Shown piece after piece: positions 10,346 through 20,256 of a DNA stretch of 64,000 bases (positions are counted from its first letter, which is position 1; every line of letters starts with the position of its first letter). A program made the translations under genes and the position numbers. The stretch is from Candidatus Nomurabacteria bacterium (GTDB taxonomy: Bacteria > Patescibacteriota > Minisyncoccia > Phycocordibacterales > UBA9973): assembly GCA_026395995.1 (NCBI GenBank), contig JAPLXQ010000011.1, forward strand, positions 4,210-68,209, given 5' to 3'. The notes below the pieces were generated by a model. It saw only the letters and a list, made by a program, of their open reading frames with translations. It was not told the origin of the DNA and did not search any database.

Positions 10346-10441
10346 AAATTAAAACCCCGATCACTCGGGGATTTTTTATTGACAAAATTCAGAAAAACTA
10401 TAGTATTCTACTTAGAATAAATAGTACTAAAAAAATAAATT

Positions 10442-10981
10442 ATGAACAAACCAGTTAGTGGCTTTAATCTTGATGCAATGCTTCAAGAAGGATTGAAAAA
10501 AGATAAACACATAGTACTTCCATTGAATTTGAACTACAAAGAGATATCTGAGGGTATTCGTCAGTTTAATATTGGTGATGAAAAAAGGCTATTTGCTTTG
10601 AATAAAAGTATCATTACTAAAACAAAAGATTTGGTATTGGCTTACCGGATGAATTTAGCTCTTTATCTAGAGCATGGTGATGATGGGATTAATGCATATG
10701 AAAAAACGATTGATTACATAAAAGAAGTGGCTCCTAATGTTCCCGTGTTGTCTGTTATGGATTTAGCTGGAAGTGATATAAAAGAAGGTATTTCAATTCA
10801 GCAAATCATTAAAGACGATTTAAAGAACGAATGTAAAACTTTTGTAATTAATGCCCCGGATGAGATAGTTTTTATTCAAAAGGTAGAAGACTTCGCCTTG
10901 GTAATCAGAAAAAAATTGGAAAAACTAAATGATAAAATTATGGAAACTAAAAAGCAGGTTTTGGGATCGATGATTTCATAA
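10442..10981 (+). CDS. hypothetical protein
   Basis: 179 aa ORF followed by a terminator hairpin (agcgggact..gtcccgctttt). Confidence 0.45.
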   Translation: MNKPVSGFNLDAMLQEGLKKDKHIVLPLNLNYKEISEGIRQFNIGDEKRLFALNKSIITKTKDLVLAYRMNLALYLEHGDDGINAYEKTIDYIKEVAPNVPVLSVMDLAGSDIKEGISIQQIIKDDLKNECKTFVINAPDEIVFIQKVEDFALVIRKKLEKLNDKIMETKKQVLGSMIS

Positions 10982-11019
10982 AATAAAAAAAGCGGGACTT
11001 ATTGTCCCGCTTTTACTAT

Positions 11020-12024
11020 TTATTTATATAAATTTTCTTTGTCCCCGAATAATTCCCAAGCTTTTCTTCTGACACTTCCAATAGCCCATGGTTTCAAGAA
11101 TTCAATCGAGTCCAGAGAAATACTATTAGCCCCAGCATGATGTAATGCCTCGACATCATTTTTATTGAGCGGTCCTCCACTATTGATATGTTTATGAAAA
11201 CCAGCATCACGTAAACCTTTGATGTATGTTAAAATTAACGGTAAAATTATTTTACCTGAAAGTCCTCCCAAATCAAGAATATGTAAACTCTTTTCTATTA
11301 GAGGGGAACCATCTGGATATAATTTTTTCCAATTAATTTCATTTGGTAAATTACCAAATTTAACCATACTTGAGATGGTAATAGCGTAGCAATTTGAATG
11401 CTTTTCAAATTGTATGACATTTTCAATCGGCATTTCTACTGAAATTTTTACAATAATTGGAATCCCTTTTTCTACTAAAGGTGTACACATATCTAGTATC
11501 TTTAACATTGTTTGTAGTTCTCTTGATTTATACTCAGTAAAATCAAGTTGTAATCCAATTTGGGCTTTAAAATCATTCTTTGATTTTAATAGCATTGTAA
11601 CGAATTCATCAAATTCCGATAATCTTTTTTCTTCAGTATTTATACTAGAAATAAAGGATATTTGAAAAGGATCAGTCCTCTCATGTAGCTGATAAGAAGA
11701 CAGGACAGTATTTGCTCCTGGACCATCCGGATTCAGGTCTTTTAATACACATTGATTTTTTCTATCTATGTGTATATTTTTCCTGAAAAATTTTTTTGGC
11801 ATCAAATCGTCTTTTAGTTTGATATTACTTTTATGTGCTTCCAATGTCGTTGTTTTAGAAACAAAAGTTAAGCCATCGAAATTAATACCGAGTTTGTCTA
11901 AAATTTTATGATATGGCCAACCTTGACCATAAAAATTTAATAGTCCTGCCTCACCCCAAATAACTTCAAAAGGTACGCCATGTATATTCACTTTTCGGTG
12001 AAAATCTTTTATTCTTTTTTTCAT
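11020..12024 (-). CDS. dihydroorotate dehydrogenase-like TIM-barrel protein (PyrD family, divergent)
   Basis: 'IWGEAGLLNFYGQG' and C-terminal 'LGGLSGKIILPL' resemble the DHODH substrate and FMN-phosphate loops. Confidence 0.45.
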   Translation of the reverse strand: MKKRIKDFHRKVNIHGVPFEVIWGEAGLLNFYGQGWPYHKILDKLGINFDGLTFVSKTTTLEAHKSNIKLKDDLMPKKFFRKNIHIDRKNQCVLKDLNPDGPGANTVLSSYQLHERTDPFQISFISSINTEEKRLSEFDEFVTMLLKSKNDFKAQIGLQLDFTEYKSRELQTMLKILDMCTPLVEKGIPIIVKISVEMPIENVIQFEKHSNCYAITISSMVKFGNLPNEINWKKLYPDGSPLIEKSLHILDLGGLSGKIILPLILTYIKGLRDAGFHKHINSGGPLNKNDVEALHHAGANSISLDSIEFLKPWAIGSVRRKAWELFGDKENLYK

Positions 12025-12140
12025 ATTTTTTTTACAATTTACAATTTATATTTTTTCTACCAGTACCTTAACACATTTATGCATGTTTGACAAATTTCCT
12101 CTTTTGACAAAGAGGTTTTTTGTAGATAGACTAAAGAAAA

Positions 12141-13076
12141 TTGAAACTTAAAAAGAAAAAGATTATGAATGTTACAGGACTTAAAATAGGCGGGTCTAAT
12201 TTAAAAGACCCAGAATCAGTAAAAAATATTGTAAATATATTAAAAGAGAGAAGTGCAGATAGGCCTTATTTTGTAGTTGTTTCTGCTATGTATGGAATGA
12301 CCAGACTTTTGGAAAAAATTCATAATACAAATATTGTAAGAATTAAAACTGGAAAAAAGATTGAAATGGTTCAACATTACAATGAATTTATCGGTTTTCA
12401 TGAGAACATGGTAAATGTTTTATTTGAAGGTAAAAACAACAAAGCAAGCTTTAGGAAATTGATTGAAGATTTTGATGAGACTATTATGACGGCAGGCTTC
12501 TTTTCAGAAGCTTTAGTAAAAGCAGAGATTTTATCTTTCGGAGAACGATTCTCTTCTTTAATTTTGAGTAATTATTTGAATTCTCAAAATATTAACAATA
12601 CTTTGATTAGAGCTTTTGATTTTATGGTTACGAATAATGATTTTGACAATTCAATCGTTTGTTTTGAACAAACTAATCAGAACATAGTAAATCAGTTTAC
12701 AAATTTAATGCTTAAAAATAGTGTGGTAATAACTGAAGGATTTATAGGAAGGACCAAAATCAACGGCAATCCATTTTACACTAATCCTGGTGGTTGGAAT
12801 GGATCAGATTATACCGCCAAAATAATAGCTGACGCCTTGGATGCTAAGAAACTTGTCTTTTATAAAGATACTTTTCTAATGGACATAAATCCAAATGCAC
12901 CAGGTGGCGAAAAGGCCAAAAAGATTGAAACTATTTCTTATGAGAATTTAAGGATGAAGATTTTGAATAAATCTGCTGGAACGATTTTACACGAAAAGGT
13001 TCTTTTAGGTAAAAGAATTCCAATAGAAATTCGCTCCTCTTTAAGTCCAAAAGAAGAGGGAACTAAGGTTTTTTAG
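12141..13076 (+). CDS. amino-acid kinase family protein (aspartokinase-like)
   Basis: 'LKIGGSNL...FVVVSAMYGMTRLL' matches the aspartokinase/carbamate kinase N-terminal fold. Confidence 0.5.
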   Translation: MKLKKKKIMNVTGLKIGGSNLKDPESVKNIVNILKERSADRPYFVVVSAMYGMTRLLEKIHNTNIVRIKTGKKIEMVQHYNEFIGFHENMVNVLFEGKNNKASFRKLIEDFDETIMTAGFFSEALVKAEILSFGERFSSLILSNYLNSQNINNTLIRAFDFMVTNNDFDNSIVCFEQTNQNIVNQFTNLMLKNSVVITEGFIGRTKINGNPFYTNPGGWNGSDYTAKIIADALDAKKLVFYKDTFLMDINPNAPGGEKAKKIETISYENLRMKILNKSAGTILHEKVLLGKRIPIEIRSSLSPKEEGTKVF

Positions 13077-13181
13077 ATAGTATTTTTGCCCAGCTTCGCA
13101 ATGCGAAACTGGGCATTTTTTTTGACATATTTATATAAACATGTTACTTTTAAATTAAACAAACCAAAATTTATTTGAAAA

Positions 13182-14555
13182 ATGAATATAAAGATTACTG
13201 AAGAAAAAAAGACATTCATTCGAATGTTGTTATATTTAATGGTTCCCAAAAAAGTGATTGCAAAAATGCTTGATGTGAATGAAGTTACTATTGGAAAACA
13301 TTCAAAGCTAACAAAGGCTGAGATGAATGATATGGGACCTCAACCAGAAGGACAGGAATTGAGACTTGAAGTATTCAAAATGTATGTTTGGAGTCAAACA
13401 GATATTTTAGAAATGAGTATGGTGTTTGGAGTTTCTATAGCAGAAATTGAATCAATACAAAAAGCAATTTTTGATTATTTGAAAATGCAACGCTGTGTTT
13501 CATATTGTGAAGGTATTATCACTTCAGTTTTTCTGTATCAGAAAATTCAATTTGAATCGACTATATCGGTCGAAGAAAAAAAGCTGGTTGAAAAACTATT
13601 TGAACATCAAACATATGAATCTATATATTTGAAAGAAAAAAAACCAGGTAAAAAACTTTTCTTTGATTGTTGTATGCGGATACACAAGGAGCAAGAGTTA
13701 TTGATGCCAACTAAGTATAATATTTATCGTCCGGAAGAGTGTTTGACAAAAGTAATAGATTCATTTGTGAATGAAGAACGGAGTAAAGTAGGAGTATACA
13801 TCTCAAAAAGATTTGTTGATTTTATTAAATCTTTTTTTGCTACTTTAAGTAAAAAGGAACAAGCAAGTTTGTATAGTCTTGCGGAGTTGCCTGAGTTTGT
13901 AGAGGCATTTACTGAATACAAAAATTTAAAACCGAATGCTATTCAATCAAAACGTAAAACAGCATTGATACTATTACGCGGTAGAATAAAGCATTATTTA
14001 AAATTGGGAGAAACTATTATTCCAGAAGGAAAAAAACATTTAGATGACATTTTGCATCACCTAGAACTTGTTCAGAAAAAAGAGTCGGAATTACTTAACC
14101 TGAAAAAAGACTTTGAAAAATTTCAACTTACAGCTATAAGGTTGGCTAAGTTCTCAGCAGAGAATATGCCTATTGAAAAAGTAGATGATACAATTGTCGC
14201 TTCTATTCAAAAAGTAGATCCTGAGCTTTTAAAATTGATAAAAACTATAGAGCCAGTTCAACTTGTCCCGGTGGGTGTGGAAGTAATACAAAGTGAGCAA
14301 ATGAAGTTTTATCTGACAAATATAATGGATATGGATTTATCAGTTAGGTTATATACCTGTTTATCATATGCTGAAATAGAGTATGGTTGGCAAATATTAA
14401 CCATTTCTAAACATGATTTCCTTAAGTTCAGAAACTTTGGTAAAAAATCTATGATTGAATTAGAAGAATTAATTCATAATAAAAAACTTGTTTTTAATTC
14501 TATTGATCCATCACTTCAAAGGTATTTGGAAGATAAGATAATAAAAAAGAAATAA
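13182..14555 (+). CDS. hypothetical protein with C-terminal RNA polymerase alpha-CTD-like (HhH) domain
   Basis: C-terminus 'DLSVRLYTCLSYAEIEYGWQILTISKHDFLKFRNFGKKSMIELEEL' matches the alphaCTD consensus (LSVRxxNCLK..I..GDL...TE.ELLK..N.GKKSL.EI). The N-terminus is not alpha-NTD-like. Confidence 0.45.
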   Translation: MNIKITEEKKTFIRMLLYLMVPKKVIAKMLDVNEVTIGKHSKLTKAEMNDMGPQPEGQELRLEVFKMYVWSQTDILEMSMVFGVSIAEIESIQKAIFDYLKMQRCVSYCEGIITSVFLYQKIQFESTISVEEKKLVEKLFEHQTYESIYLKEKKPGKKLFFDCCMRIHKEQELLMPTKYNIYRPEECLTKVIDSFVNEERSKVGVYISKRFVDFIKSFFATLSKKEQASLYSLAELPEFVEAFTEYKNLKPNAIQSKRKTALILLRGRIKHYLKLGETIIPEGKKHLDDILHHLELVQKKESELLNLKKDFEKFQLTAIRLAKFSAENMPIEKVDDTIVASIQKVDPELLKLIKTIEPVQLVPVGVEVIQSEQMKFYLTNIMDMDLSVRLYTCLSYAEIEYGWQILTISKHDFLKFRNFGKKSMIELEELIHNKKLVFNSIDPSLQRYLEDKIIKKK

Positions 14556-14650
14556 TGGTTAGGATTCGCCCCGCGCTTGAAAAGCGCGGGGCTTTTATGT
14601 TGTATTAACCCTCTCCTTAACAAGGAGAGGGCAGGGTGAGGTGAATCCAT

Positions 14651-14682
14651 TTGACTTTATTTTTCAATCTGCTAGTATAGGA
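14651..14682 (+). promoter_or_regulatory. promoter TTGACT-N17-TAGTAT with conserved TCTGCTAGTATAGG box (upstream of tuf)
   Basis: The same TCTGCTAGTATAGG box recurs at 27429-27442 (upstream of rpsN) and 39410-39423 (upstream of ndk). Confidence 0.5.
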
Positions 14683-14810
14683 ACATAACTGCACTTTTGG
14701 CAGTTTTTGTTTGCAATTTTTATAAAATTTATTAATTTAATTAAAGTTAGTGGTCTAAATTTAGCAACTTCTCGTATGTTAAGTTTTAACTAGTAACTAA
14801 AAATAAGTAT

Positions 14811-16007
14811 ATGGCAACAGAAGAATTTAAAAGAGACAAGCCACACGTAAACGTTGGTACAATCGGTCACGTTGACCACGGAAAGACTACTTTAACAGCA
14901 GCTATCTTGAACGTTCTTAATTTGAACGGTAAAACTGTTAAAATGAAGGGTGTTGGAGATATCGACAATGCTCCTGAAGAAAAAGCTCGTGGAATCACCA
15001 TTAACATTTCTCACAATGAGTACTCTACAGATGCTCGTCACTATGCTCACATTGATGCCCCAGGACACGCCGACTACATCAAAAACATGATCACAGGTGC
15101 TGCTCAAATGGACGGTGCTATCCTTGTCGTAGCTGCTACTGATGGTGCTATGCCACAAACACGTGAACACGTTCTTCTTGCAAAACAAGTTGGTGTTCCA
15201 AAGATTATCGTTTTCTTAAACAAATGTGACATGGTTGATGACAAAGACATGATTGACATGGTTGAAGAAGAAATCCGTGAATTGCTTACAAAACAAGGTT
15301 TTGATGGTGCAAACGCTCCTGTCATCCGTGGATCAGCTCTAAAAGGACTTGAAGCTACAGATGCTACAGACCCTTGGGCAATGAAGATCATGGATCTTGC
15401 AAACGCTCTTGATACATATATCCCAGTTCCAGAACGAGATACAGCAAAACCTTTCCTAATGGCTATTGAAGATATCTTCTCTATCGAAGGACGTGGAACA
15501 GTTGTAACTGGAAAAATCGAAAGAGGAATAGTAAAAGTAGGTGAAGACGTTGAAATTGTTGGTATTAAAGCTACACAAAAATCAACAGTCACTGGTATTG
15601 AAATGTTCAACAAGAACCTTCAAGAAGGTATGGCTGGAGACAACGCTGGTATCTTGCTCCGTGGATTAAAGAAAGATGATATTACTCGTGGACAAGTTCT
15701 TGCAAAACCAGGAACAGTGACTCCTCATGATAACTTTACTTGTGAAGTTTACATCTTGAAAAAAGAAGAAGGTGGACGTCATACTCCATTCTTCAAAGGT
15801 TACAAGCCACAATTCTACATCCGTACTACAGACGTTACAGGAGAAGTTGAATTAGCAGAAGGAGTAGAAATGGTTATGCCTGGAGATACAGCAAAATTCA
15901 CAGTGAAATTGGTTTCACCAGTCGCACTTGAAGATCAACAAAGATTTGCTATCCGTGAAGGAGGAAAGACTGTCGGTGCCGGAGTCGTTACAAAAATTAT
16001 TGCTTAA
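14811..16007 (+). CDS. tuf: elongation factor Tu
   Basis: [18 protein letters not shown] and NKCD motifs; 398 aa. Confidence 0.98.
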   Translation: MATEEFKRDKPHVNVGTIGHVDHGKTTLTAAILNVLNLNGKTVKMKGVGDIDNAPEEKARGITINISHNEYSTDARHYAHIDAPGHADYIKNMITGAAQMDGAILVVAATDGAMPQTREHVLLAKQVGVPKIIVFLNKCDMVDDKDMIDMVEEEIRELLTKQGFDGANAPVIRGSALKGLEATDATDPWAMKIMDLANALDTYIPVPERDTAKPFLMAIEDIFSIEGRGTVVTGKIERGIVKVGEDVEIVGIKATQKSTVTGIEMFNKNLQEGMAGDNAGILLRGLKKDDITRGQVLAKPGTVTPHDNFTCEVYILKKEEGGRHTPFFKGYKPQFYIRTTDVTGEVELAEGVEMVMPGDTAKFTVKLVSPVALEDQQRFAIREGGKTVGAGVVTKIIA

Positions 16008-16018
16008 CCTTTAAATTT

Positions 16019-16417
16019 ATGGCTGAAGAAGAAACAACAACTAAAAAAGTAAAAAAAGTTACCACACCAAAAGTGAGTAAAGCTTCTTCTAAAGTTAAAG
16101 AAGAAGGAAAAGAAGTAGTATTACGTATCCGAGTTCGTGCTTACGAAAGTAAGATTCTTGATACTTCTGTAAAACAAATTATTGATACAGCTATGCGTTA
16201 TGATGCAAAGATAGTCGGTCCTGTACCACTACCTACTGAAATCAAAAAATATACAGTCAACCGTGCCTCTTTCGTTTACAAAAACACACGAGAACAATTC
16301 GAAATGAGAGTACACAAGAGAGTGATTGATATTTTAAACCCAAATGCAAAGACCATCGAAGCTTTGACAAACCTTTCACTTCCATCCGGAGTTGAAATAG
16401 ATGTAAAAATGATTTAG
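16019..16417 (+). CDS. rpsJ: 30S ribosomal protein S10 (with Lys-rich N-terminal extension)
   Basis: S10 core 'LRIRVRAYESKILD...' preceded by an about 35 aa K-rich extension. Confidence 0.9.
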   Translation: MAEEETTTKKVKKVTTPKVSKASSKVKEEGKEVVLRIRVRAYESKILDTSVKQIIDTAMRYDAKIVGPVPLPTEIKKYTVNRASFVYKNTREQFEMRVHKRVIDILNPNAKTIEALTNLSLPSGVEIDVKMI

Positions 16418-16429
16418 CCCTAAAATTTT

Positions 16430-17044
16430 ATGAAATTTATACTTGGAACAAAAGTTAATATGACTGAATACTTCTCCGAAAACGGAGTGGTAATTCCAGT
16501 AACAATAATCTCAGCTGGACCTGTAAAAGTGGTAACCATCAAAGATAAGACTAAAGATGGCTACAATGCTGTACAAGTCGGTTTTGGAGAACAAAAAGAA
16601 AGTCGTGTTAATAAAGCTCAAAAAGGACAAATGAAAGGGGACTTTTTCAAAGTTATGAAAGAGTTTCGCTTGAAAAATGATGACAAATTTGAAGGAAATG
16701 TAGGAGACATGCTAGATGTATCTAGTTTTGAAATTGGGGATATGCTCCAAGTCTCAGGAACTTCAAAAGGTAAAGGTTTCCAAGGTGTTGTAAAACGCCA
16801 TGGCTTCAAAGGAGGTCCAAGATCTCACGGTCAGAAACACTCTGAACGTGAACCAGGATCTATCGGAGGAGGTCTACGAACACACGTGCCAAAAGGAATG
16901 AGAATGGCCGGCCGTATGGGATCTGACAGAATAACTTACAAAAATTTGAAAGTTGTTTTCGTTGATAAAGAAAACAATGTAATGCTTATCAAAGGAGCAA
17001 TCCCAGGAAAGCGTGGAAGTTTAGTAGAAATTACAGCTCGATAA
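16430..17044 (+). CDS. rplC: 50S ribosomal protein L3
   Basis: Operon position and L3 motifs (GTSKGKGFQGVVKRHGF). Confidence 0.95.
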   Translation: MKFILGTKVNMTEYFSENGVVIPVTIISAGPVKVVTIKDKTKDGYNAVQVGFGEQKESRVNKAQKGQMKGDFFKVMKEFRLKNDDKFEGNVGDMLDVSSFEIGDMLQVSGTSKGKGFQGVVKRHGFKGGPRSHGQKHSEREPGSIGGGLRTHVPKGMRMAGRMGSDRITYKNLKVVFVDKENNVMLIKGAIPGKRGSLVEITAR

Positions 17045-17054
17045 TAATAAATTT

Positions 17055-17723
17055 ATGTTAAAAGCAACAATATACAATCAAAAAGGAGCCGAAGCTGGAA
17101 GTATCGAACTACCAGAGAAAGTTTTTGGTATGAAATGGAAGACAGACTTGGTTCACCAAGTAGTCGAAAGTATTCGTGGCAACAAACGTGCTGGTACTGC
17201 TGATACCAAAGGCCGTGGAGAAGTTCGTGGAGGAGGAAAGAAACCTTGGAAACAAAAAGGTACTGGTCAAGCTCGTCACGGTTCTACACGTAGTCCTATT
17301 TGGGTTGGTGGAGGTGTGACTCATGGTCCTCTTGCTGAAAAGAATTACAAGAAAAAAATCAACAAGAAAATGAGAGTAGGAGCATTGTATGCTGTTCTTT
17401 CAAAGAAATTAAAAGATGGAGAAATAATCTTTGTCGATTCGTTGGTAATGAAAGACATCAAGACAAAGTCTGCTGTAGATGTAATGGCAAATCTTGCTAA
17501 AGCTACAGGATTTAAAATGATTGCTTCTTCAAAGAAACCAAAAGTATTAGTCGCTATTGCTGCTAAAGATGAAAAGATACAAAAGAGTTTCAGAAATATT
17601 CCTTCTCTTGAATTAGCAATGATAAACAATATCAATCCAATGCAAGTGCTTAATTATAAATATCTTTTGATTGAAAACCCAGAATCTGCAGTGAAGTTTT
17701 TATTAACTCGCTCAGGAAAATAA
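17055..17723 (+). CDS. rplD: 50S ribosomal protein L4
   Basis: Operon position and L4 motif (KPWKQKGTGQARHGS). Confidence 0.95.
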   Translation: MLKATIYNQKGAEAGSIELPEKVFGMKWKTDLVHQVVESIRGNKRAGTADTKGRGEVRGGGKKPWKQKGTGQARHGSTRSPIWVGGGVTHGPLAEKNYKKKINKKMRVGALYAVLSKKLKDGEIIFVDSLVMKDIKTKSAVDVMANLAKATGFKMIASSKKPKVLVAIAAKDEKIQKSFRNIPSLELAMINNINPMQVLNYKYLLIENPESAVKFLLTRSGK

Positions 17724-17727
17724 TTTT

Positions 17728-18003
17728 ATGGCAGACATTAAAACAATTAAAAAACCTAGAATCACAGAAAAAGTAGCCCTTCTCGCCGAGAAGAATATTT
17801 ATACTTTCGAAGTTTCAGCAAATGCTACAAAGAATGAAATAAGAAAGGATATCGAAGCTATTTATAAAATCAAACCAGTCAAAGTAAATATCGTTCACAT
17901 TCCAAAAAAGACAGTGATAATCCGTGGAAAGAAAGGTGTTAAAAATGGTGGTAAGAAAGCAATGGTATATTTAAAAAAAGGTGATAAGATCGATTTTGCA
18001 TAG
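17728..18003 (+). CDS. rplW: 50S ribosomal protein L23
   Basis: 91 aa, L23-like sequence, operon position. Confidence 0.9.
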   Translation: MADIKTIKKPRITEKVALLAEKNIYTFEVSANATKNEIRKDIEAIYKIKPVKVNIVHIPKKTVIIRGKKGVKNGGKKAMVYLKKGDKIDFA

Positions 18004-18035
18004 TATAAAAGTTCACTACAAGTAATAAAAATATT

Positions 18036-18875
18036 ATGAAGACATATAAACCAACAAGTAAATCAAGAAGACAAATGACAAACATTGACTACCGCAATGT
18101 TTTGACTAAAACTACACCTGAGAAATCTTTGACTCACGGCTTCAAAAGAGCTGTAGGAAGAAATAATCTCGGACGTATTACTACTCGTCATAAAGGAGCA
18201 GGTCATAAGAGACTTTTCCGTGATGTCGATTTCTTATATAACAAAAAAGATATTCCTGCAAAAATCACAAGTATCGAATATGATCCAAACCGTTCTTCAT
18301 TTATCGGTCTTGCTGTTTACAAAGATGGAGAAAAGAGATATGTCATCTTACCTCAATCAGTAAAGCCAGGAGATATGTTTGTCGTGTCTGAAAAAGCTGA
18401 ATTAAAACCAGGAAACAGACTCATGTTGAAAAACATTCCAGTCGGAACATTCGTTTACAATGTGGAAATGAAATCAGGATCTGGAGCCAAGATTGCTCGT
18501 TCTGCTGGAATTTTCGCACAAGTTGTAGCTAATGCTGACGGATACACAAATGTCAAAATGCCATCATCTGAAGTTCGTAAAGTTTCAGAACTCGCTTGGG
18601 CTTGTGTCGGTTCTGTCTCAAATGAAGAACATCACCTCGAGAACTACGGTAAGGCTGGACGTTCACGATGGAAGGGTATTAGACCAACTGTCCGCGGTAC
18701 TGCAATGAACGCTGTAGACCACCCATACGGAGGTGGAGAAGGCCGACAAGGACGTGGAACAAAGAGACCTAAAACATTGTGGGGTAAGGTTACAGGAGGA
18801 CGCAAGACAAGAACTCCAAAGAAATACTCAAATGTCTTCATCGTAAGTCGTAGAAAAACAGGTAAAAATAAGTAA
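18036..18875 (+). CDS. rplB: 50S ribosomal protein L2
   Basis: 279 aa with canonical L2 motifs (GGGEGRQGRG...). Confidence 0.97.
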   Translation: MKTYKPTSKSRRQMTNIDYRNVLTKTTPEKSLTHGFKRAVGRNNLGRITTRHKGAGHKRLFRDVDFLYNKKDIPAKITSIEYDPNRSSFIGLAVYKDGEKRYVILPQSVKPGDMFVVSEKAELKPGNRLMLKNIPVGTFVYNVEMKSGSGAKIARSAGIFAQVVANADGYTNVKMPSSEVRKVSELAWACVGSVSNEEHHLENYGKAGRSRWKGIRPTVRGTAMNAVDHPYGGGEGRQGRGTKRPKTLWGKVTGGRKTRTPKKYSNVFIVSRRKTGKNK

Positions 18876-18960
18876 TTTTGTAAAGTCCTAGAAAGACTGC
18901 CTGCCCGCCATCGCTACGCTCAGGCGTTAGCGGGCGGGGAAAGAACAAATAATTTTAAAG

Positions 18961-18990
18961 CAAAAAATCCCCATTATGGGGATTTTTTGC
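18961..18990 (+). terminator. rho-independent terminator (aaaaaatccccattatggggattttttg)
   Basis: Near-identical to the terminator after rpsG at 4757-4785; precedes an inserted island. Confidence 0.6.
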
Positions 18991-19023
18991 TTTTTGATCC
19001 TTATTTTACAAGGCTTTTAAACT

Positions 19024-19052
19024 TGACTTTTCAAACTATATATGCTATACTT
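19024..19052 (+). promoter_or_regulatory. promoter TTGACTTTT-N-TGCTATACTT
   Basis: -35 TTGACT and extended -10 TGCTATACT; family members at 4788, 20177 and 21042. Confidence 0.55.
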
Positions 19053-19057
19053 TATAT

Positions 19058-19128
19058 AGTTTAAGGTTCGTTGAAAAAAGTTTTGATTGGTGACAAGAAG
19101 TCCTTTTGGGATTTGTTGTCACCAATAA
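19058..19128 (+). promoter_or_regulatory. conserved about 70 nt 5' leader element with hairpin (ttggtgacaa...ttgtcaccaa), copy 1
   Basis: Identical 70 nt at 21077-21147, both directly downstream of family promoters. The six-frame track translates both as 'MKKVLIGDKKSFWDLLSPIK', which is probably spurious. Confidence 0.5.
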
Positions 19129-19139
19129 AAACAATAGAT

Positions 19140-19502
19140 ATGACAAATTCAGCAGTTACAACAGTAGTTTCGTTTAATTTTTTTGATTTTTTAAAATCAA
19201 TTTCTAGATGGTATAAAAACCGTATAGGCAATAAAAAAGGTTTTGGTTGTTGCCCTAATTGTGGTGATAGCTGGAATTGGAAAAGTAGTATCGGTGTTGA
19301 GTATGAAAAACACTATTTTTTTTTTTTTTTTTTTATTTCACCCTCAGTAAGTATTTGCAGCGAATGTTTAACTTCCGCAAAATTTGATTACCAAAGAATT
19401 GAAAAACATTTGGAGTCAGGTACTTGGGAAAAAGAAAACATTGCGAAAGCAATAACCGCCTTAAAAGAATTTGAAAAAAACAAAAAATTAACTAAAAACT
19501 AA
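19140..19502 (+). CDS. hypothetical Cys-rich small protein containing a T20 homopolymer tract
   Basis: CPNCG ... CSECL zinc-ribbon-like halves separated by the FFFFFF translation of a 20 nt poly-T run (19315-19334). Coding status is uncertain. Confidence 0.3.
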   Translation: MTNSAVTTVVSFNFFDFLKSISRWYKNRIGNKKGFGCCPNCGDSWNWKSSIGVEYEKHYFFFFFFISPSVSICSECLTSAKFDYQRIEKHLESGTWEKENIAKAITALKEFEKNKKLTKN

Positions 19503-19508
19503 ATAGAA

Positions 19509-20054
19509 ATGAAAAAAATTCTAAATTTTATTTTAAAAATGATTGCTGGTCTTACTACTGGATGGATTATTGGATCAACTATTTTAGGGGTTATGCACTA
19601 CAATGCAGAAGCTTCCTTGAAAGAAAAAACAGATTCCTTAAATTATTCTGAAGCTATTACTTTAAGTAGTTTCTCAAAAATTATAGAGAATCTTGATTTA
19701 TCAGCAAAGATAGATGATTCTTTAGGTCTTCTAAATTTAAGTCCAGCAGCACTTAAGGCTGAAGAAAAGAGAGACAAAAGTCATGATGATGTCCTTTTAA
19801 GTAAGCGTAAGGCTTGCATTGACACATGTGTTTTTTATCAAAAATTACTTGAAAAACAGATCCCGAGTACTGAATTTTTAAAAACAGAGTATCAGGCTAA
19901 ATTAAAAAGTGCTGATTGGAAGTTCGCGGCAGTGTCTCACTATTCTTTGTGGCTTTATGATAAAGTTGCAAAACTTTGGCTGCCTGAAAGAGTAAAAGTT
20001 CTAACTCCAATTGAGATAATGTCAGACAATAGTGTAAAAACCACTAAAGTTTAG
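19509..20054 (+). CDS. membrane-anchored hypothetical protein
   Basis: N-terminal TM helix (ILKMIAGLTTGWIIGSTILGV); no known motifs. Confidence 0.45.
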   Translation: MKKILNFILKMIAGLTTGWIIGSTILGVMHYNAEASLKEKTDSLNYSEAITLSSFSKIIENLDLSAKIDDSLGLLNLSPAALKAEEKRDKSHDDVLLSKRKACIDTCVFYQKLLEKQIPSTEFLKTEYQAKLKSADWKFAAVSHYSLWLYDKVAKLWLPERVKVLTPIEIMSDNSVKTTKV

Positions 20055-20176
20055 TATTATTCTTGTTTAGTTATATACCCCGTTCGTTGATTCGAATGGG
20101 GTATTTTATTTATATATAGTTATCTATTTACCCAATCGCCCTAATATCTATTACTTTTAACTCGAGAGCGACGTGG

Positions 20177-20205
20177 TTGACTTTTATATATTGATATGCT
20201 ATACT
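20177..20205 (+). promoter_or_regulatory. promoter TTGACTTTT-N-TGCTATACTT
   Basis: Family consensus upstream of the lipoprotein gene. Confidence 0.55.
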
Positions 20206-20256
20206 TTTTACATAGTTAATTGATAAAATAAATATAAACCAAAAATCTAAAAGCAA

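Noticed and set aside
15104-15613. 169 aa and 98 aa antisense ORFs inside tuf; similar antisense ORFs inside fusA (8915-9403 etc.), infC (47134-47562), rpsN (27569-27784) and secY (31130-31393)
   Set aside because: They lie opposite highly conserved genes with strong codon structure, so they are shadow ORFs.
19071-19139. N-terminal 'MKKVLIGDKKSFWDLLSPIK' present in two tracked ORFs (19071 and 21090)
   Set aside because: The identical peptide comes from a 70 nt duplicated non-coding leader directly downstream of a promoter. The real CDSs start at internal ATGs (19140 and 21162).
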